Shown: positions 1 through 9,590 of the stretch, piece by piece
How positions within the stretch are numbered: the first letter of the stretch is position 1
Layout: every line of letters starts with the position of its first letter
Origin: an uncultured Nitrospirota bacterium
GTDB lineage: Bacteria; Nitrospirota; Nitrospiria; SBBL01; SBBT01
NCBI GenBank assembly: GCA_964373895.1
Contig: CAYJWQ010000002.1
Coordinates: forward strand, 8,659-68,404
DNA: 59,746 bases
Direction of reading: 5' to 3'
The notes under the pieces: model-generated
The model's database searches: none
What the model saw: only the letters and a program-made list of their open reading frames with translations
Told to the model about the DNA's origin: nothing
Made by a program: the position numbers and the translations under genes

Positions 1-70
1 GCTGTTGCTCTGCTCGCTGTTGCTCTGCTCGCTGTTGCTCTGCTCGCTGTTGCTCTGCTCGCTGTTGCTC
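1..70 (-). repeat. 15-bp tandem repeat (gctgttgctctgctc, about 4.7 units) at the window edge; in frame it encodes an (EQQRA)n pentapeptide repeat of the minus-strand GAF protein
   Basis: Direct reading: four perfect 15-mers followed by a partial unit. The minus-strand frame continuing from the ATG at 535 reads ...RHASEQQRAEQQRAEQQ... Confidence 0.9.
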
Positions 71-535
71 GCTGGCGTGACGCAATTCCCATCCGACAAC
101 CTGCGCCAGTTTTAGAAGGTATCTCCTCTGCTGTGGAGTGGGCATCTTCGGGGAGGGATCCATGACAGAGACCATGCCGATGATAAAGCCGCTTTCTGTT
201 ATGATCGGCGCGGCCGCAAAAAAACGAAGATGCGGCGGCCCGGCAACATACGGGGCGTTCTTCCAGCGTTCATCCCAGCGTTTATCGGCGGCCGTGTCGG
301 GAATGACCGTAACCTCTTCCTCGGAGAGAATCTCTCTGGGAAGTTCTGAAATCGTAAGGCCGATCTTTGACTTTAATAAAATCCGCTTTTTGTCAACGAA
401 CCCAACCGCCGCCATCGCCGTATCACAGGCGTCCCGCGCCAAGTCTGCGATCAGGTTCATCTCCTCCTCTGGGGCGGTGATTAGGATTGCCTGAAGAATT
501 TCATCGTCGGGGGAGGGGAAAGAGTGGGCGATCAT
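1..535 (-). CDS. GAF-domain sensor protein, N-terminal part (ORF runs off the window start; not in the supplied ORF track because it is truncated)
   Basis: ATG at 535-533. I checked every triplet from 535 to 2 and found no minus-strand stop. The translation MIAHSFPSPDDEILQAI...RFFAAAPIITESGFIIGMVSVMDPSPKMPTPQQRRYLLKLAQVVGWEL has the typical C-terminal GAF signature (RFfAaaPl...G..iG.l.v.D). Confidence 0.8.
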   Translation of the reverse strand, partial: MIAHSFPSPDDEILQAILITAPEEEMNLIADLARDACDTAMAAVGFVDKKRILLKSKIGLTISELPREILSEEEVTVIPDTAADKRWDERWKNAPYVAGPPHLRFFAAAPIITESGFIIGMVSVMDPSPKMPTPQQRRYLLKLAQVVGWELRHASEQQRAEQQRAEQQRAEQQRAEQQ

Positions 536-600
536 ACCGGTTTTCGCGATTTAGGTTTAGGTATAGATAACGTCAATTATGCCAGTTTTTAATAGGGGAA

Positions 601-945
601 TCAATCTTTCTGGGCGCCGACAACGGCCAGGGTAAAGAGGTTCGCATGCCGTACCAGGGAAAAGAAGGGATGGTCCGGGGCGGCGCTTTCTAACTCTCCG
701 GCGAAAAACTCGTCAATGGTTTTGATCACAAAGCCCTTTCCCATCTCGACCGCCCCCATTCCAAGACCGAGCGCCCTGGCCGTGGCGAGATTCCCAAACT
801 CGAGCTCTTTCGATTCGCCAAACTCCTCCGGCAGGGTAAAACCTTCAAATACGATTCGGGCATGCGATAACGGTTCAATCAGGGAGATCAGTCTGTGGGC
901 GACCTCCTCTCTGGATAAGAGGGTGCGCTCTTCGTTTTCAGTCAC
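601..945 (-). CDS. hypothetical protein (114 aa), overlaps the uvrA stop by 8 nt
   Basis: ORF track. It is on the same strand as uvrA and its start overlaps the uvrA stop, which suggests translational coupling. I recognise no family. Confidence 0.5.
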   Translation of the reverse strand: MTENEERTLLSREEVAHRLISLIEPLSHARIVFEGFTLPEEFGESKELEFGNLATARALGLGMGAVEMGKGFVIKTIDEFFAGELESAAPDHPFFSLVRHANLFTLAVVGAQKD

Positions 946-3787
946 GGGCGGTCCCTTTGATAGCAGGTTCAGGGAGCATCTTTTTTAAGAACTGGCCGGT
1001 GTAGGAGTGGTCAAGCCGCGCAACCTCTTGCGGGGTTCCGACGGCGACCACTCCCCCTCCTAAATCTCCGCCCTCCGGTCCCAGGTCAATAATCCAGTCG
1101 GCGTTTCGGATGACATCGAGATTATGTTCAATGACCACCACCGTATTCCCTGCCTCTGCGAAGCGGTCTAAGATATCTAAAAGGCGCTGAATGTCGGCGA
1201 AATGAAGGCCGGTGGTCGGTTCATCTAAAATATAGAGGGTGGCCCCCGTGGCGCGCTTTGCGAGTTCTCTGGAGAGTTTTATCCTCTGCGCCTCTCCGCC
1301 GGAGAGGGTGGTGGCCGATTGTCCCAGCCGGATATAGCCGAGACCGACCTCCGTAAGCGTGGTCAACTTGTCACGCAGAACGGGGACGGCTTGAAAAAAG
1401 GCGAGGGCGTCATCCACCGTCATGTGGAGCACATCGGCAATGTTCGCCCCGCGGTAGCAGATATCGAGCGTTTCGCGATTATAACGCTTTCCCTGACAGA
1501 CCTCGCAGGTGACATAGATATCGGGGAGAAAATGCATCTCAATCTTGATGACCCCCTCCCCCTGGCATGCCTCGCATCGCCCCCCCTTGACATTAAAGGA
1601 GTAGCGCCCTAATCGGTAGCCGCGCATCCGGGATTGCGGCAGCGCGGCAAAAAGATCTCGGATGGCGGTAAAAAGCGTGGTATAGGTAGCAGGATTTGAG
1701 CGGGGGGTTCTGCCGATGGGGGATTGATCAATGTGAATGACCTTGTCTATCCGCTCGATCCCCTCAATCGCGCGACAGATTCCCGGCCTCTCGCGTGAAA
1801 GGGCGCCATGATAATAAAATTGTTGCGCGAGATGCTTATACAACACTTCCAGGATCAGCGTTGATTTTCCGGAACCGGAGACGCCGGTCACGCAGGTGAA
1901 GAGCCCCAGCGGGATCGAGACCGAGATGTTTTTAAGATTATGTTCCGATGCCCCTTTGATCGTGAGAAAACCCTTTGGACGGCGCGAACGGGATGGGAGG
2001 GTGATTTCCCGTTCGTGGGAGAGGTAGCGCCCTGTCAGGGAGCGGGGCTCCGCCATGATGGCATCGGGCGTTCCCTGCGCGATGATCTCGCCGCCATGCG
2101 CCCCCGCCCCAGGCCCCATATCAATGACCCAGTCGGCGGTGCGAATCGTCTCTTCGTCATGCTCCACCACCAGCACCGTGTTTCCCAGATCGCGCAGCCG
2201 CTTCAGCGTGTCGAGCAGCCGCACGTTGTCCCGTTGATGAAGGCCGATGCTCGGCTCATCGAGAATATATAAAACCCCGACCAGCGACGATCCAATCTGT
2301 GTGGCGAGTCGAATCCGCTGTCCTTCCCCGCCGGAGAGAGTTCCGGCGGCGCGATCCAAGGTTAAGTAATCCACCCCCACATTTACCAGAAACCCCATCC
2401 GCTCCCGAAGTTCCTTTAAAATCCGCTGCCCGATCAAACGTTCTTTTTCGCTCAACTTAAGGTCTAAAATAAATTGCAGGGCCCTGCCAATAGAGAGGCG
2501 GGTGACATCGGCAATCGATGCGCCATTGATCTTTATGCCGAGGCTCTCCGGCCGCAAGCGGTTTCCCCCGCAGGCGGCGCAGGGATGCGCTCCCATATAG
2601 GCCGATATCTCCTCCCGAATATAGGAAGAGTCGGTCTCTTTGTAGCGACGCGATAGATTTGGGATCACCCCCTCAAACGGTTTTAGGTAATATTCCCTCC
2701 GCCCGTCATGGTCATTGTAAAACCGGACCTCCTCCTTGCCCGATCCGTATAGGATGACTTTTTGAATCTCCTGGGAAAGGCGGCAAAAGGGGGTTTTAAG
2801 ATCAAAGCGATAATGGGAGGCGAGCGCCTCCAACATCTGGTAGTAATAGAGTGAACCCCGCTTCTCCCAGGGACGAATGGCGCCGGCCCGAAGGGAGAGG
2901 GTCGTATCGGGCGCCACCAACCCGGGATCAATATCGAGGGTAGTTCCGAGGCCGTCGCAGGCGGGACAGGCGCCATGGGGCGAATTAAATGAAAAGGCGC
3001 GAGGCTCGATTTTAGGATAGCTCACATTGCAATCAATGCAGGCGAGATGCTCCGAGAATAAAACCTCTCCCTTTTCCTTCAAGATCAGGACAACCCCCCC
3101 TCCCACCCTGGCGGCCAACTCCAGGGAGTCGGCCAGCCGCCGCTCTAAACCCTCTTTCAGGACAAGGCGATCAATGACCACCTCGATCGTATGCCGCTTG
3201 TTTTTATCCTGAATGATCGCCTCCTGGGAGAGGTCCATAATCTTTCCGTCTATCCGGATGCGCGCAAAGCCTTTCTGCCTGATCTCAAGGAGCTCTTTTT
3301 TATATTCCCCCTTTCGGCCCCGAATGACGGGGGCGAGAATCTGTATCTTCTCTCCGGCCGGATAGGCCATGATGGCGTCTGCCATCTGCTGGATCGTTTG
3401 AGAGGTGATTTCCTTGCCGCATTGGTAGCAGTAAGGTCTTCCAACGCGGGCGTAGAGGAGGCGGAAGTAGTCGTAGATTTCAGTGACCGTGGCGACGGTG
3501 GAGCGGGGGTTTTTGCTGGTCGTCTTCTGTTCAATGGAAATGGAGGGGGAGAGCCCCTCGATGGCGTCGACATCCGGTTTGTCCATCTGCTCCAGGAACT
3601 GGCGCGCATAGGCGGAAAGGGACTCCACATAGCGCCGCTGCCCTTCGGCGTAGAGGGTGTCAAACGCCAGCGACGATTTTCCCGATCCGGAAAGGCCGGT
3701 GATGACGACCAGCCGATCCCGCGGGATGGAAAGATCGATATTCTTTAAATTATGCTCCCGCGCCCCCTTGATGTGGATTTCTTTCAC
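938..3787 (-). CDS. uvrA: excinuclease ABC subunit A
   Basis: 949 aa. It has two ABC ATPase modules ([12 protein letters not shown] and [10 protein letters not shown]), zinc-finger cysteines ([16 protein letters not shown]) and LSGGE signatures. GTG start. Confidence 0.97.
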   Translation of the reverse strand: MKEIHIKGAREHNLKNIDLSIPRDRLVVITGLSGSGKSSLAFDTLYAEGQRRYVESLSAYARQFLEQMDKPDVDAIEGLSPSISIEQKTTSKNPRSTVATVTEIYDYFRLLYARVGRPYCYQCGKEITSQTIQQMADAIMAYPAGEKIQILAPVIRGRKGEYKKELLEIRQKGFARIRIDGKIMDLSQEAIIQDKNKRHTIEVVIDRLVLKEGLERRLADSLELAARVGGGVVLILKEKGEVLFSEHLACIDCNVSYPKIEPRAFSFNSPHGACPACDGLGTTLDIDPGLVAPDTTLSLRAGAIRPWEKRGSLYYYQMLEALASHYRFDLKTPFCRLSQEIQKVILYGSGKEEVRFYNDHDGRREYYLKPFEGVIPNLSRRYKETDSSYIREEISAYMGAHPCAACGGNRLRPESLGIKINGASIADVTRLSIGRALQFILDLKLSEKERLIGQRILKELRERMGFLVNVGVDYLTLDRAAGTLSGGEGQRIRLATQIGSSLVGVLYILDEPSIGLHQRDNVRLLDTLKRLRDLGNTVLVVEHDEETIRTADWVIDMGPGAGAHGGEIIAQGTPDAIMAEPRSLTGRYLSHEREITLPSRSRRPKGFLTIKGASEHNLKNISVSIPLGLFTCVTGVSGSGKSTLILEVLYKHLAQQFYYHGALSRERPGICRAIEGIERIDKVIHIDQSPIGRTPRSNPATYTTLFTAIRDLFAALPQSRMRGYRLGRYSFNVKGGRCEACQGEGVIKIEMHFLPDIYVTCEVCQGKRYNRETLDICYRGANIADVLHMTVDDALAFFQAVPVLRDKLTTLTEVGLGYIRLGQSATTLSGGEAQRIKLSRELAKRATGATLYILDEPTTGLHFADIQRLLDILDRFAEAGNTVVVIEHNLDVIRNADWIIDLGPEGGDLGGGVVAVGTPQEVARLDHSYTGQFLKKMLPEPAIKGTARD

Positions 3788-3892
3788 GATTCCAACCCTG
3801 TGGGGAATATGCCAAAGTGTCTATGGTAGCATCCTTATCCGGCCCAAGTAAATTTATATTCTGTCGGTGGCAGGCGGGCGCATGGGCTGAAG

Positions 3893-3990
3893 AGGGGATA
3901 GGGGAGATTCCCAAATCCCCCCCTCCCCCCTTTCTTAAAGGGGGAAAGCCGCCTCGTCCCGTTCTCCCCCTGATAAGGGGGGTTAGGGGG
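3893..3990. repeat. cluster of C-tract/G-tract short hairpin repeats (ccccc-N6-9-ggggg type)
   Basis: Read directly: gaggggataggggag...tccccccctcccccc tttcttaaa ggggg ... ctccccc tgataa gggggg ttaggggg. This is the same motif class as the perfect 13-bp hairpin at 17864-17896. Confidence 0.6.
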
Positions 3991-4055
3991 CACTCAACCT
4001 ACGGAGTTAGGTGTGTGCCAAGACCCGCCTGGATGGGGAGGGGGAAGAGATCGAT

Positions 4056-6035
4056 TTATTCCGCCCGCAGGACGGCGAGCGGTTTTTGGTTTAAGGTGCG
4101 GCAGATCATGCAAAAGGAGGTTGCGAAGGTGAGAACAACGGCGGCAGGGAGGGCCATGACTATCGGAAAGGCGTTAAACCGCCATGGGATATCGAGGAGA
4201 AAGTGGACGATCCCGAAGGAGGCGATGGTTGAAAGGATGCCGCCGACGGCCGATGCGAGGGCGCCGAGGAGGGCGTATTCCACCGACAGGATGGCGATCA
4301 AGAGAGGCCGGGTGGCGCCCAGGGTTTTAAAGAGGATCATCTCGTGCGTCCGCTGGGCGGAGGTTGCGATGCCGTAGCGCAATATAAGCGACGAAAGGCG
4401 CGGCATGCGCTTCATCAGACGGAGCATCCCCCCCAGGGTCAAGAGCAAAAGGAGGACCGTGACGCCAGTGCCAACGACCAGAAAGCCGCCGATTTTAAGC
4501 GAGCCTGCCTGCCAGATAGAGAGGCCGGCCCAGCCGATGAGGATGACGATGGCCAGGAGCGTGCGCGTCACGCCAAAGATGCCTTTTTGATCCCCCTCCA
4601 CCGGCTGGCGAAAGATGCGGGAAGGGGAGATATGGCGGATGCCATAGACAGGCCAGAGCGCAAAGAGGAGTGTGGCGGATAAGCCCATCGCCGTGGCGCG
4701 CAACGCCGGCCGCAAGGAGACCTGGAACAGGAGATCGGGCGGGAGGAAAACGGACAGGCGGGCCCGCAGGGCATGATCAATTCCCATCCCCAGTAATATT
4801 CCAATCAGGGATCCGATGACGCCAGGCATCAAGGCGAGGAGGAGGTAGATGGCCGAAAGGGTCGAGGCAGGGGCGCCGAGCGACTTGAGGATGGCGATGG
4901 TGTCGATCCGCATTTTAATGAAGGCATGGATGCCGGTCGCCACGCCGATCCCGCCGATCATCAGTGTGACGAGACCTGCCAGACCAAGATAGGTGGTGAA
5001 GTTTTTAAGAAAGCGGCCCAGACGGGGCTGCGCCTCGCGCGCGGTCTGCATCTCCACCCATTCATCCGACCCTTTTTGCGACCATTTTTGGACAAGGGCC
5101 TCTTTCAGCGTCGCCTCTGTCCAAGGGGGGATCGCCTTAAAGAGAATACTTCGGGTGAGGCGGCTTCCCGTCTCTGCCAGCCCTGTTTTGATAAGACCTT
5201 CCTGGGAGAGGAGCGCCCTCGGCCCAAGGCTGAACATGCCGGCGATCCGGTCCGGCTCTTTAAGAATGACCCCACGTATGGTAAAGACGGCCTCTCCCAA
5301 TTGAATGCGATCGCCGATGGCAAGTTTCAGGCGGAGCATCAGCGCCTCGGCAACCCAGACATCGGAAGGATCCAGGAAGATGCGAGAGGAGGAGGGGGCG
5401 ACCTGAAGACGGCCGTAAAAGGGATAGCCCGGCTCCGCCGCCTTGATCTCAACGATCTGGGAGCGGCCTTTTGCCGTTGCCATGCCGATCAGGAGATCCA
5501 AAACCTGCGCCCCGTTATGGGTGTCAAGGTTGCCTGTTGGCTCGTCCGCAAGGAGAATCTCTGGATTTCCCGCGAATGCCCGCGCGATCGCCACGCGTTG
5601 TTGCTCGCCGCCTGCGAGCTGGACAGGATAATGGCCCTCCCGCTCCTGCAGGCCGACCTCGCAGAGGAGGCGGCGCGCCTCGGCCACGGCATCGGCATGG
5701 CCTTTGAGCTCCAGCGGGATGAGAACATTTTCAAGGGCGGTGAACGTGGGGATCAGATGATAGGATTGAAAGATAATGCCGATCTTATCACGGCGGTATC
5801 GGGATAACGCATTTTCGGAGAGATCGGCCAGAGAAATGCCGTCGAGGTGAACCGAGCCCGATGTCGGTCGGTCCAGGCCTGCGATCAGCCCCAGCAAGGT
5901 TGATTTGCCGCTTCCGGAAGGGCCGACCACGGCGACGAACTGTTTGAATGGAATCTCGAGGTGGATGTTTTCCAGAATGGAGACCGTTCGCCCTCCGCTT
6001 ACCAGCGACATCGACAGATTCAAGAGGCGGATCAT
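4056..6035 (-). CDS. ABC transporter ATP-binding domain fused in frame to an FtsX-family permease (YbbA/YbbP-like) with two apparent internal deletions; possibly a decaying gene
   Basis: Likely start is MIRLLNL at 6035, overlapping the upstream cytochrome c stop. Walker A (GPSGSGKS), signature ([14 protein letters not shown]) and Walker B ([12 protein letters not shown]) are present. The sequence then jumps at ...[31 protein letters not shown] into a permease periplasmic-domain motif, with no H-loop and no first TM. There is a second jump at [23 protein letters not shown]. Confidence 0.7.
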   Translation of the reverse strand: MIRLLNLSMSLVSGGRTVSILENIHLEIPFKQFVAVVGPSGSGKSTLLGLIAGLDRPTSGSVHLDGISLADLSENALSRYRRDKIGIIFQSYHLIPTFTALENVLIPLELKGHADAVAEARRLLCEVGLQEREGHYPVQLAGGEQQRVAIARAFAGNPEILLADEPTGNLDTHNGAQVLDLLIGMATAKGRSQIVEIKAAEPGYPFYGRLQVAPSSSRIFLDPSDVWVAEALMLRLKLAIGDRIQLGEAVFTIRGVILKEPDRIAGMFSLGPRALLSQEGLIKTGLAETGSRLTRSILFKAIPPWTEATLKEALVQKWSQKGSDEWVEMQTAREAQPRLGRFLKNFTTYLGLAGLVTLMIGGIGVATGIHAFIKMRIDTIAILKSLGAPASTLSAIYLLLALMPGVIGSLIGILLGMGIDHALRARLSVFLPPDLLFQVSLRPALRATAMGLSATLLFALWPVYGIRHISPSRIFRQPVEGDQKGIFGVTRTLLAIVILIGWAGLSIWQAGSLKIGGFLVVGTGVTVLLLLLTLGGMLRLMKRMPRLSSLILRYGIATSAQRTHEMILFKTLGATRPLLIAILSVEYALLGALASAVGGILSTIASFGIVHFLLDIPWRFNAFPIVMALPAAVVLTFATSFCMICRTLNQKPLAVLRAE

Positions 6036-6370
6036 GGCGGGATCTGCTCCAGCCAGTCGATGATCTGGCGAATCTCGTCTTCGGTGAGAACGGAGCGAAA
6101 GGGAGGCATGTTGTTTCGCCCATCCAGGACGGTCGAAATGAACAGATCGTGCGGTATGGTTTTTCCGGCGTGTGTAAGGGAAGGCCCGCGATGCGTTCCC
6201 TCGCCCCGGTCGCCGTGGCAGCGATAACATCGGACATCGGCCCGCTTCACCGCATGAAATATCTGCGCGCCGGGGTGGCTGATCAGCGGGATCGTCTTCT
6301 TTTCACAACCGCCCAGCAAAATAATCAGAAAGATCAGGCTAAAAATGTAAGGATGATGGTTTGGCCACAT
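6032..6370 (-). CDS. small c-type cytochrome, probable lipoprotein
   Basis: MWPNHHPYIFSLIFLIILLGGC looks like a lipobox signal peptide. There is a single CYRCH haem-binding motif and a downstream NMPPF Met ligand region. SD ggggga lies upstream of the ATG at 6370. The stop overlaps the ABC gene start (ATGA). Confidence 0.75.
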   Translation of the reverse strand: MWPNHHPYIFSLIFLIILLGGCEKKTIPLISHPGAQIFHAVKRADVRCYRCHGDRGEGTHRGPSLTHAGKTIPHDLFISTVLDGRNNMPPFRSVLTEDEIRQIIDWLEQIPP

Positions 6371-6749
6371 ACGATTTCCCCCTGATTTGGGCGCCATTAT
6401 ATCAAAAGTGCCAATATGTTTTCCTCGGTTCCCTCTTTCCTGCGTGAGTTGCACGCCGCGCAATATGTGCAGCCTGTTGAGCCTGCCACGGGGGTCTGAA
6501 CGACGAGCGGACTTCTGCGATGGTGGGCCATCTGATAGATATTCGAAAGTTTCTGTGCAATCGTCTTGGACAGCTTAAATAAGGATCCAGGGTGTGCAGG
6601 CGTCCTTTCAGTTCAGCTTAGTTCTTAATGCCGTAGGGTTACATTTTAGATTCTATGTCTAAATTTGGTTCCGGTTATCCAGAATAGCACGCACAGCGCG
6701 CGAGAGGGGGAGGGGGCTTTGCCGCGTTATGATGATTTGATACGATAAC

Positions 6750-6779
6750 TTTACTTCGGAAAATATGCTGTAGTATAAT
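6750..6779 (+). promoter_or_regulatory. candidate sigma70 promoter TTTACT-N18-TATAAT upstream of the HtrA gene
   Basis: Motif reading only. Confidence 0.3.
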
Positions 6780-6830
6780 AACGCGCTTACGCTGCGTGGA
6801 CAGGAAAATCCGACAACGAGAGAGAGATTG

Positions 6831-8327
6831 ATGGCAAACGACGATCACGGAATTCGCCCAAAAACAGTTGTCGTCGCTGTTTTTTTGTTTATTGTTGGGA
6901 TGGTGGTCGGGGTGATATTGGTCTCTGATTTCCTCCCATTTGGGCAGGCCGTGAATGAGCCGCCGAAGCCCAAACCGCCGGCGATTGTCCAGACGGAGCA
7001 GACCTTCGTCGAGATCGCAAGAGCGGTTACCCCCGCGGTGGTGAATATCTCTACCACCCGCATGATTAAGAAAGATGAAGAGGTCCCCGTTTTTCCGTTT
7101 GATGACCCTTTTTTTAGACGCTTCTTTGGAGAGGAGCATCCCCGTCGTCAGCAGAGGCCGAGGGAGCGGAGGGAGCCAAGCCTGGGGTCGGGTGTAATCG
7201 TTGACTCAAGCGGTCTGATTATTACGAATAATCATGTTATTGCGAAGGCGGATGAGATCAAGGTTTTGCTTGGCGATAAACGTGAGTTTAAGGGCAAGGT
7301 GGTGGGATCGGATCCGAAAAGCGATATTGCGGTTATCCGAATTGACGCCTCCGATCTTCCGACGATCTCCTGGGGAGATTCCGGAAAGTTGCAGGTGGGG
7401 GAATATGTATTAACGGTTGGGAATCCTTTCGGATTGAACCAAACGGTGACCATGGGCATTGTTTCCGCCGTGGGAAGGGCCAATGTCGGCATTGCAGATT
7501 ATGAAGATTTTATCCAGACAGATGCGGCGATCAACCCTGGAAATTCCGGTGGGGCGATGGTCAATAGTCATGGCGAATTGGTGGGGATCAACACCGCAAT
7601 TTTTACACAGAGCGGCGGTTATATGGGGATTGGTTTTGCGGTTCCCAGCAACATGGCAAGATCTGTGTTGGAGAGTTTAGTGAAGTCGGGAAAGGTGATT
7701 CGTGGGTGGTTGGGCATCTCCATTCAGGAGGTCACCCCGCAATTGGCGGAGGAGTTCAATCTTAAAGAGTCTAAGGGGTCTCTGGTGGCGGATGTTCTTC
7801 CTGGAAGCCCCGCAGAGAGGTCTGGATTAAGGCGTGGCGATGTGATTGTCACGTTTATGGGACAGAAGATTGAGAACGCAAGCCAGTTGAGAAACCTCGC
7901 CGCCCAAACGGCTGTTGGAACAAAGGCAACGGTGGTGATCATCCGTGAAAAGCGTGAAAAAGAAGTGGTGATTATGGTGGATGAGCAGCCAAAAGATATG
8001 TCGGGGGCTGGAGAGCAGGGGGAGCAGGGCGAACGAACCAGCACACTTTTAAATGGCGTTGAAGTGAGGAACCTTACACCCGAGCTGGTGAAACAATTTG
8101 GCTTAAACAGAGACGATAAGGGTGTTTTGGTGACATGGGTTGAGCCGGGCAGTCTGGTGGAAGAGGCTGGATTGCAGCGCGGGGACTTAATCATGGAGGT
8201 GAACCGAAAATCGGTCCAGAATATGGATGAGTATGATGCAGCAGTCTCTAAGGCGAGAAAAGAGACATCGGTTTTATTGTTGGTCAAGCGCCAGGGGAGG
8301 ACATTATTTCTACCTATCAAGCCTTAA
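6831..8327 (+). CDS. DegP/HtrA-family periplasmic serine endoprotease with two PDZ domains
   Basis: N-terminal TM, trypsin-like core (TNNHV...DIAV...GNSGGA) and two PDZ-like segments. The ATG at 6831 lies one codon inside the TTG-initiated ORF. Confidence 0.93.
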   Translation: MANDDHGIRPKTVVVAVFLFIVGMVVGVILVSDFLPFGQAVNEPPKPKPPAIVQTEQTFVEIARAVTPAVVNISTTRMIKKDEEVPVFPFDDPFFRRFFGEEHPRRQQRPRERREPSLGSGVIVDSSGLIITNNHVIAKADEIKVLLGDKREFKGKVVGSDPKSDIAVIRIDASDLPTISWGDSGKLQVGEYVLTVGNPFGLNQTVTMGIVSAVGRANVGIADYEDFIQTDAAINPGNSGGAMVNSHGELVGINTAIFTQSGGYMGIGFAVPSNMARSVLESLVKSGKVIRGWLGISIQEVTPQLAEEFNLKESKGSLVADVLPGSPAERSGLRRGDVIVTFMGQKIENASQLRNLAAQTAVGTKATVVIIREKREKEVVIMVDEQPKDMSGAGEQGEQGERTSTLLNGVEVRNLTPELVKQFGLNRDDKGVLVTWVEPGSLVEEAGLQRGDLIMEVNRKSVQNMDEYDAAVSKARKETSVLLLVKRQGRTLFLPIKP

Positions 8328-8394
8328 ACTATGGCGTTATGGGGGCAGGATCTTTAATAATAGCGATGATTGCAGGGCCCATCTTAACATTTAA

Positions 8395-8550
8395 CAGGTT
8401 GTTGAAAAATTTGTTTTCTATACAGGCTGTTCAAAAAATTCCAGATGCGAGGCCGCAGGGACCGAGGAGACCGCAACGTACTTTAAAGGTACGTGAGGAT
8501 TTCCGAGGGACCGAGAACGAAGCAGATGAGCTTTTTCAACAGCCTGCTAA
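8395..8550 (+). repeat. 156-bp structured dispersed repeat with terminal inverted repeats (copy 1); inverted copy at 17612-17782
   Basis: Termini are caggttgttgaaaaa ... ctttttcaacagcctg. Segment 8423-8468 matches the reverse complement of 17708-17753 at 45 of 46 positions. Segment 8489-8512 is identical to the reverse complement of 17664-17687. Central hairpin is acgtac/gtacgt. Confidence 0.85.
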
Positions 8551-8573
8551 TTCATTGGGAAAGGATAACGATT

Positions 8574-9590
8574 ATGGGACAGTATATTATGCATGGTTTT
8601 CTCATATTGTTGAGCACGTTTATCGGTTATTCGATCGCGTCGAAATTGTTTGTGGCAGGGGGGGGATGGGGAGGTCTTGTCGGTTTCGTCGTCGGGGGAT
8701 GTATGGCTGCCTTGGGACTTTATTTAGAGCTGCAGGCAGCCAAGCGTTTTTTCTGGGGATTGGTTGGCGTGGTTTTGGGGTTTCTCACCGGGGGCTTTCT
8801 TAATGTCGCGATTGAGCCGCTCTTTGCCTGGAACGCAGCCGGTTTCCTCATTTGGAAAGGATTCTCGCTGCTGGTCTGCTCTTATGTGGGCCTGATTTCC
8901 GCCTTAAGGATTGAAAAAGAGCCGGCCCTTTTTAGACGGGGCGAAACTCAAGGCGTCTCCAATAATAAGATATTGGATACCAGCGTTATCATTGACGGCA
9001 GGATTGCCGATCTCTGTGAAACCGGTTTTCTGGAAGGGGTCTATATTATTCCCCAGTTTATCCTGCAAGAGCTGCAGCATATCGCCGATTCGTCTGATTC
9101 TCTTAAGCGCGCGAGGGGGCGGCGCGGTCTCGATGTACTTCACACCCTCCAGAAGATGGTGAACCTTGATGTTCGGATTGTTGATGATGATTTCCCGTCC
9201 ATTCGAGAGGTGGACGCCAAGATTGTGGCGCTGGCAAAGGTTCTTTCTGCGAAGGTGATTACCAACGATTTAAACCTCAACAAGGTGGCCGAACTGCAGG
9301 GGGTGCGCGTTTTGAACATCAATCAACTCTGCAATTCGCTTAGGCCGGTGGTTCTGCCTGGCGAATCGATGAAGGTCTTTATTTTAAAGGAGGGAAAAGA
9401 GTCTGGACAAGGCGTCGGTTATTTGGATGACGGCACGATGATTGTGGTCGATGACGCGCGCAGGTGGATTGGGAAGAGCCTGGATGTGGTTGTGACGAGC
9501 GTGCTTCAGACGACGGCGGGGCGAATGATTTTTACAAGAGTGCGTGAAGAGCTGGAACGTGAAGAATTACGGGTGATGAGAAACCATTAA
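8574..9590 (+). CDS. PIN/TRAM domain membrane protein (YacL-like)
   Basis: Four N-terminal hydrophobic segments, a PIN core (ILDTSVIIDGRI...) and a C-terminal TRAM-like segment. It holds the conserved position upstream of ispD-ispF. SD aagga lies before the ATG at 8574. Confidence 0.85.
   Translation: MGQYIMHGFLILLSTFIGYSIASKLFVAGGGWGGLVGFVVGGCMAALGLYLELQAAKRFFWGLVGVVLGFLTGGFLNVAIEPLFAWNAAGFLIWKGFSLLVCSYVGLISALRIEKEPALFRRGETQGVSNNKILDTSVIIDGRIADLCETGFLEGVYIIPQFILQELQHIADSSDSLKRARGRRGLDVLHTLQKMVNLDVRIVDDDFPSIREVDAKIVALAKVLSAKVITNDLNLNKVAELQGVRVLNINQLCNSLRPVVLPGESMKVFILKEGKESGQGVGYLDDGTMIVVDDARRWIGKSLDVVVTSVLQTTAGRMIFTRVREELEREELRVMRNH

Noticed and set aside
1-70. Possible CRISPR array at the window start
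   Set aside because: The units are contiguous 15-mers with no spacers and lie in frame inside a coding sequence. This is a tandem coding repeat, not CRISPR.
138-494. 118-aa plus-strand ORF from the track
   Set aside because: It lies entirely antisense to an uninterrupted minus-strand frame with a clear GAF-domain signature, and its sequence resembles nothing I recognise. It is a shadow ORF.
3788-3892. LexA/SOS box upstream of uvrA (ctgccaccgacag)
   Set aside because: The CTG-N7-CAG palindrome is shorter than the CTGT-N8-ACAG box. I cannot match it to any other LexA consensus with confidence.
3817-4377. 186-aa plus-strand ORF spanning the uvrA upstream region and the ABC gene tail
   Set aside because: Its N-terminal half is a translation of the C-tract/G-tract repeats (PPPFLKGGKPP, PLIRGVRG), and the rest is antisense to the permease. 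It is a repeat-derived artefact.
6036-6230. 65-aa N-terminal extension of the ABC ORF (MLSLPRRPGRGN...)
   Set aside because: It overlaps the cytochrome c gene in another frame. The ABC domain starts at MIRLLNL, with an ATGA stop/start overlap.
8339-8803. 154-aa ORF, and the N-terminal extension of the 8493 ORF, reading through the intergenic repeat
   Set aside because: Both translate the dispersed repeat (..LLKNLFSIQAVQKIPDARPQGPRRPQ.., ..MSFFNSLL..). The PIN/TRAM protein has a good SD and ATG at 8574, after the repeat.
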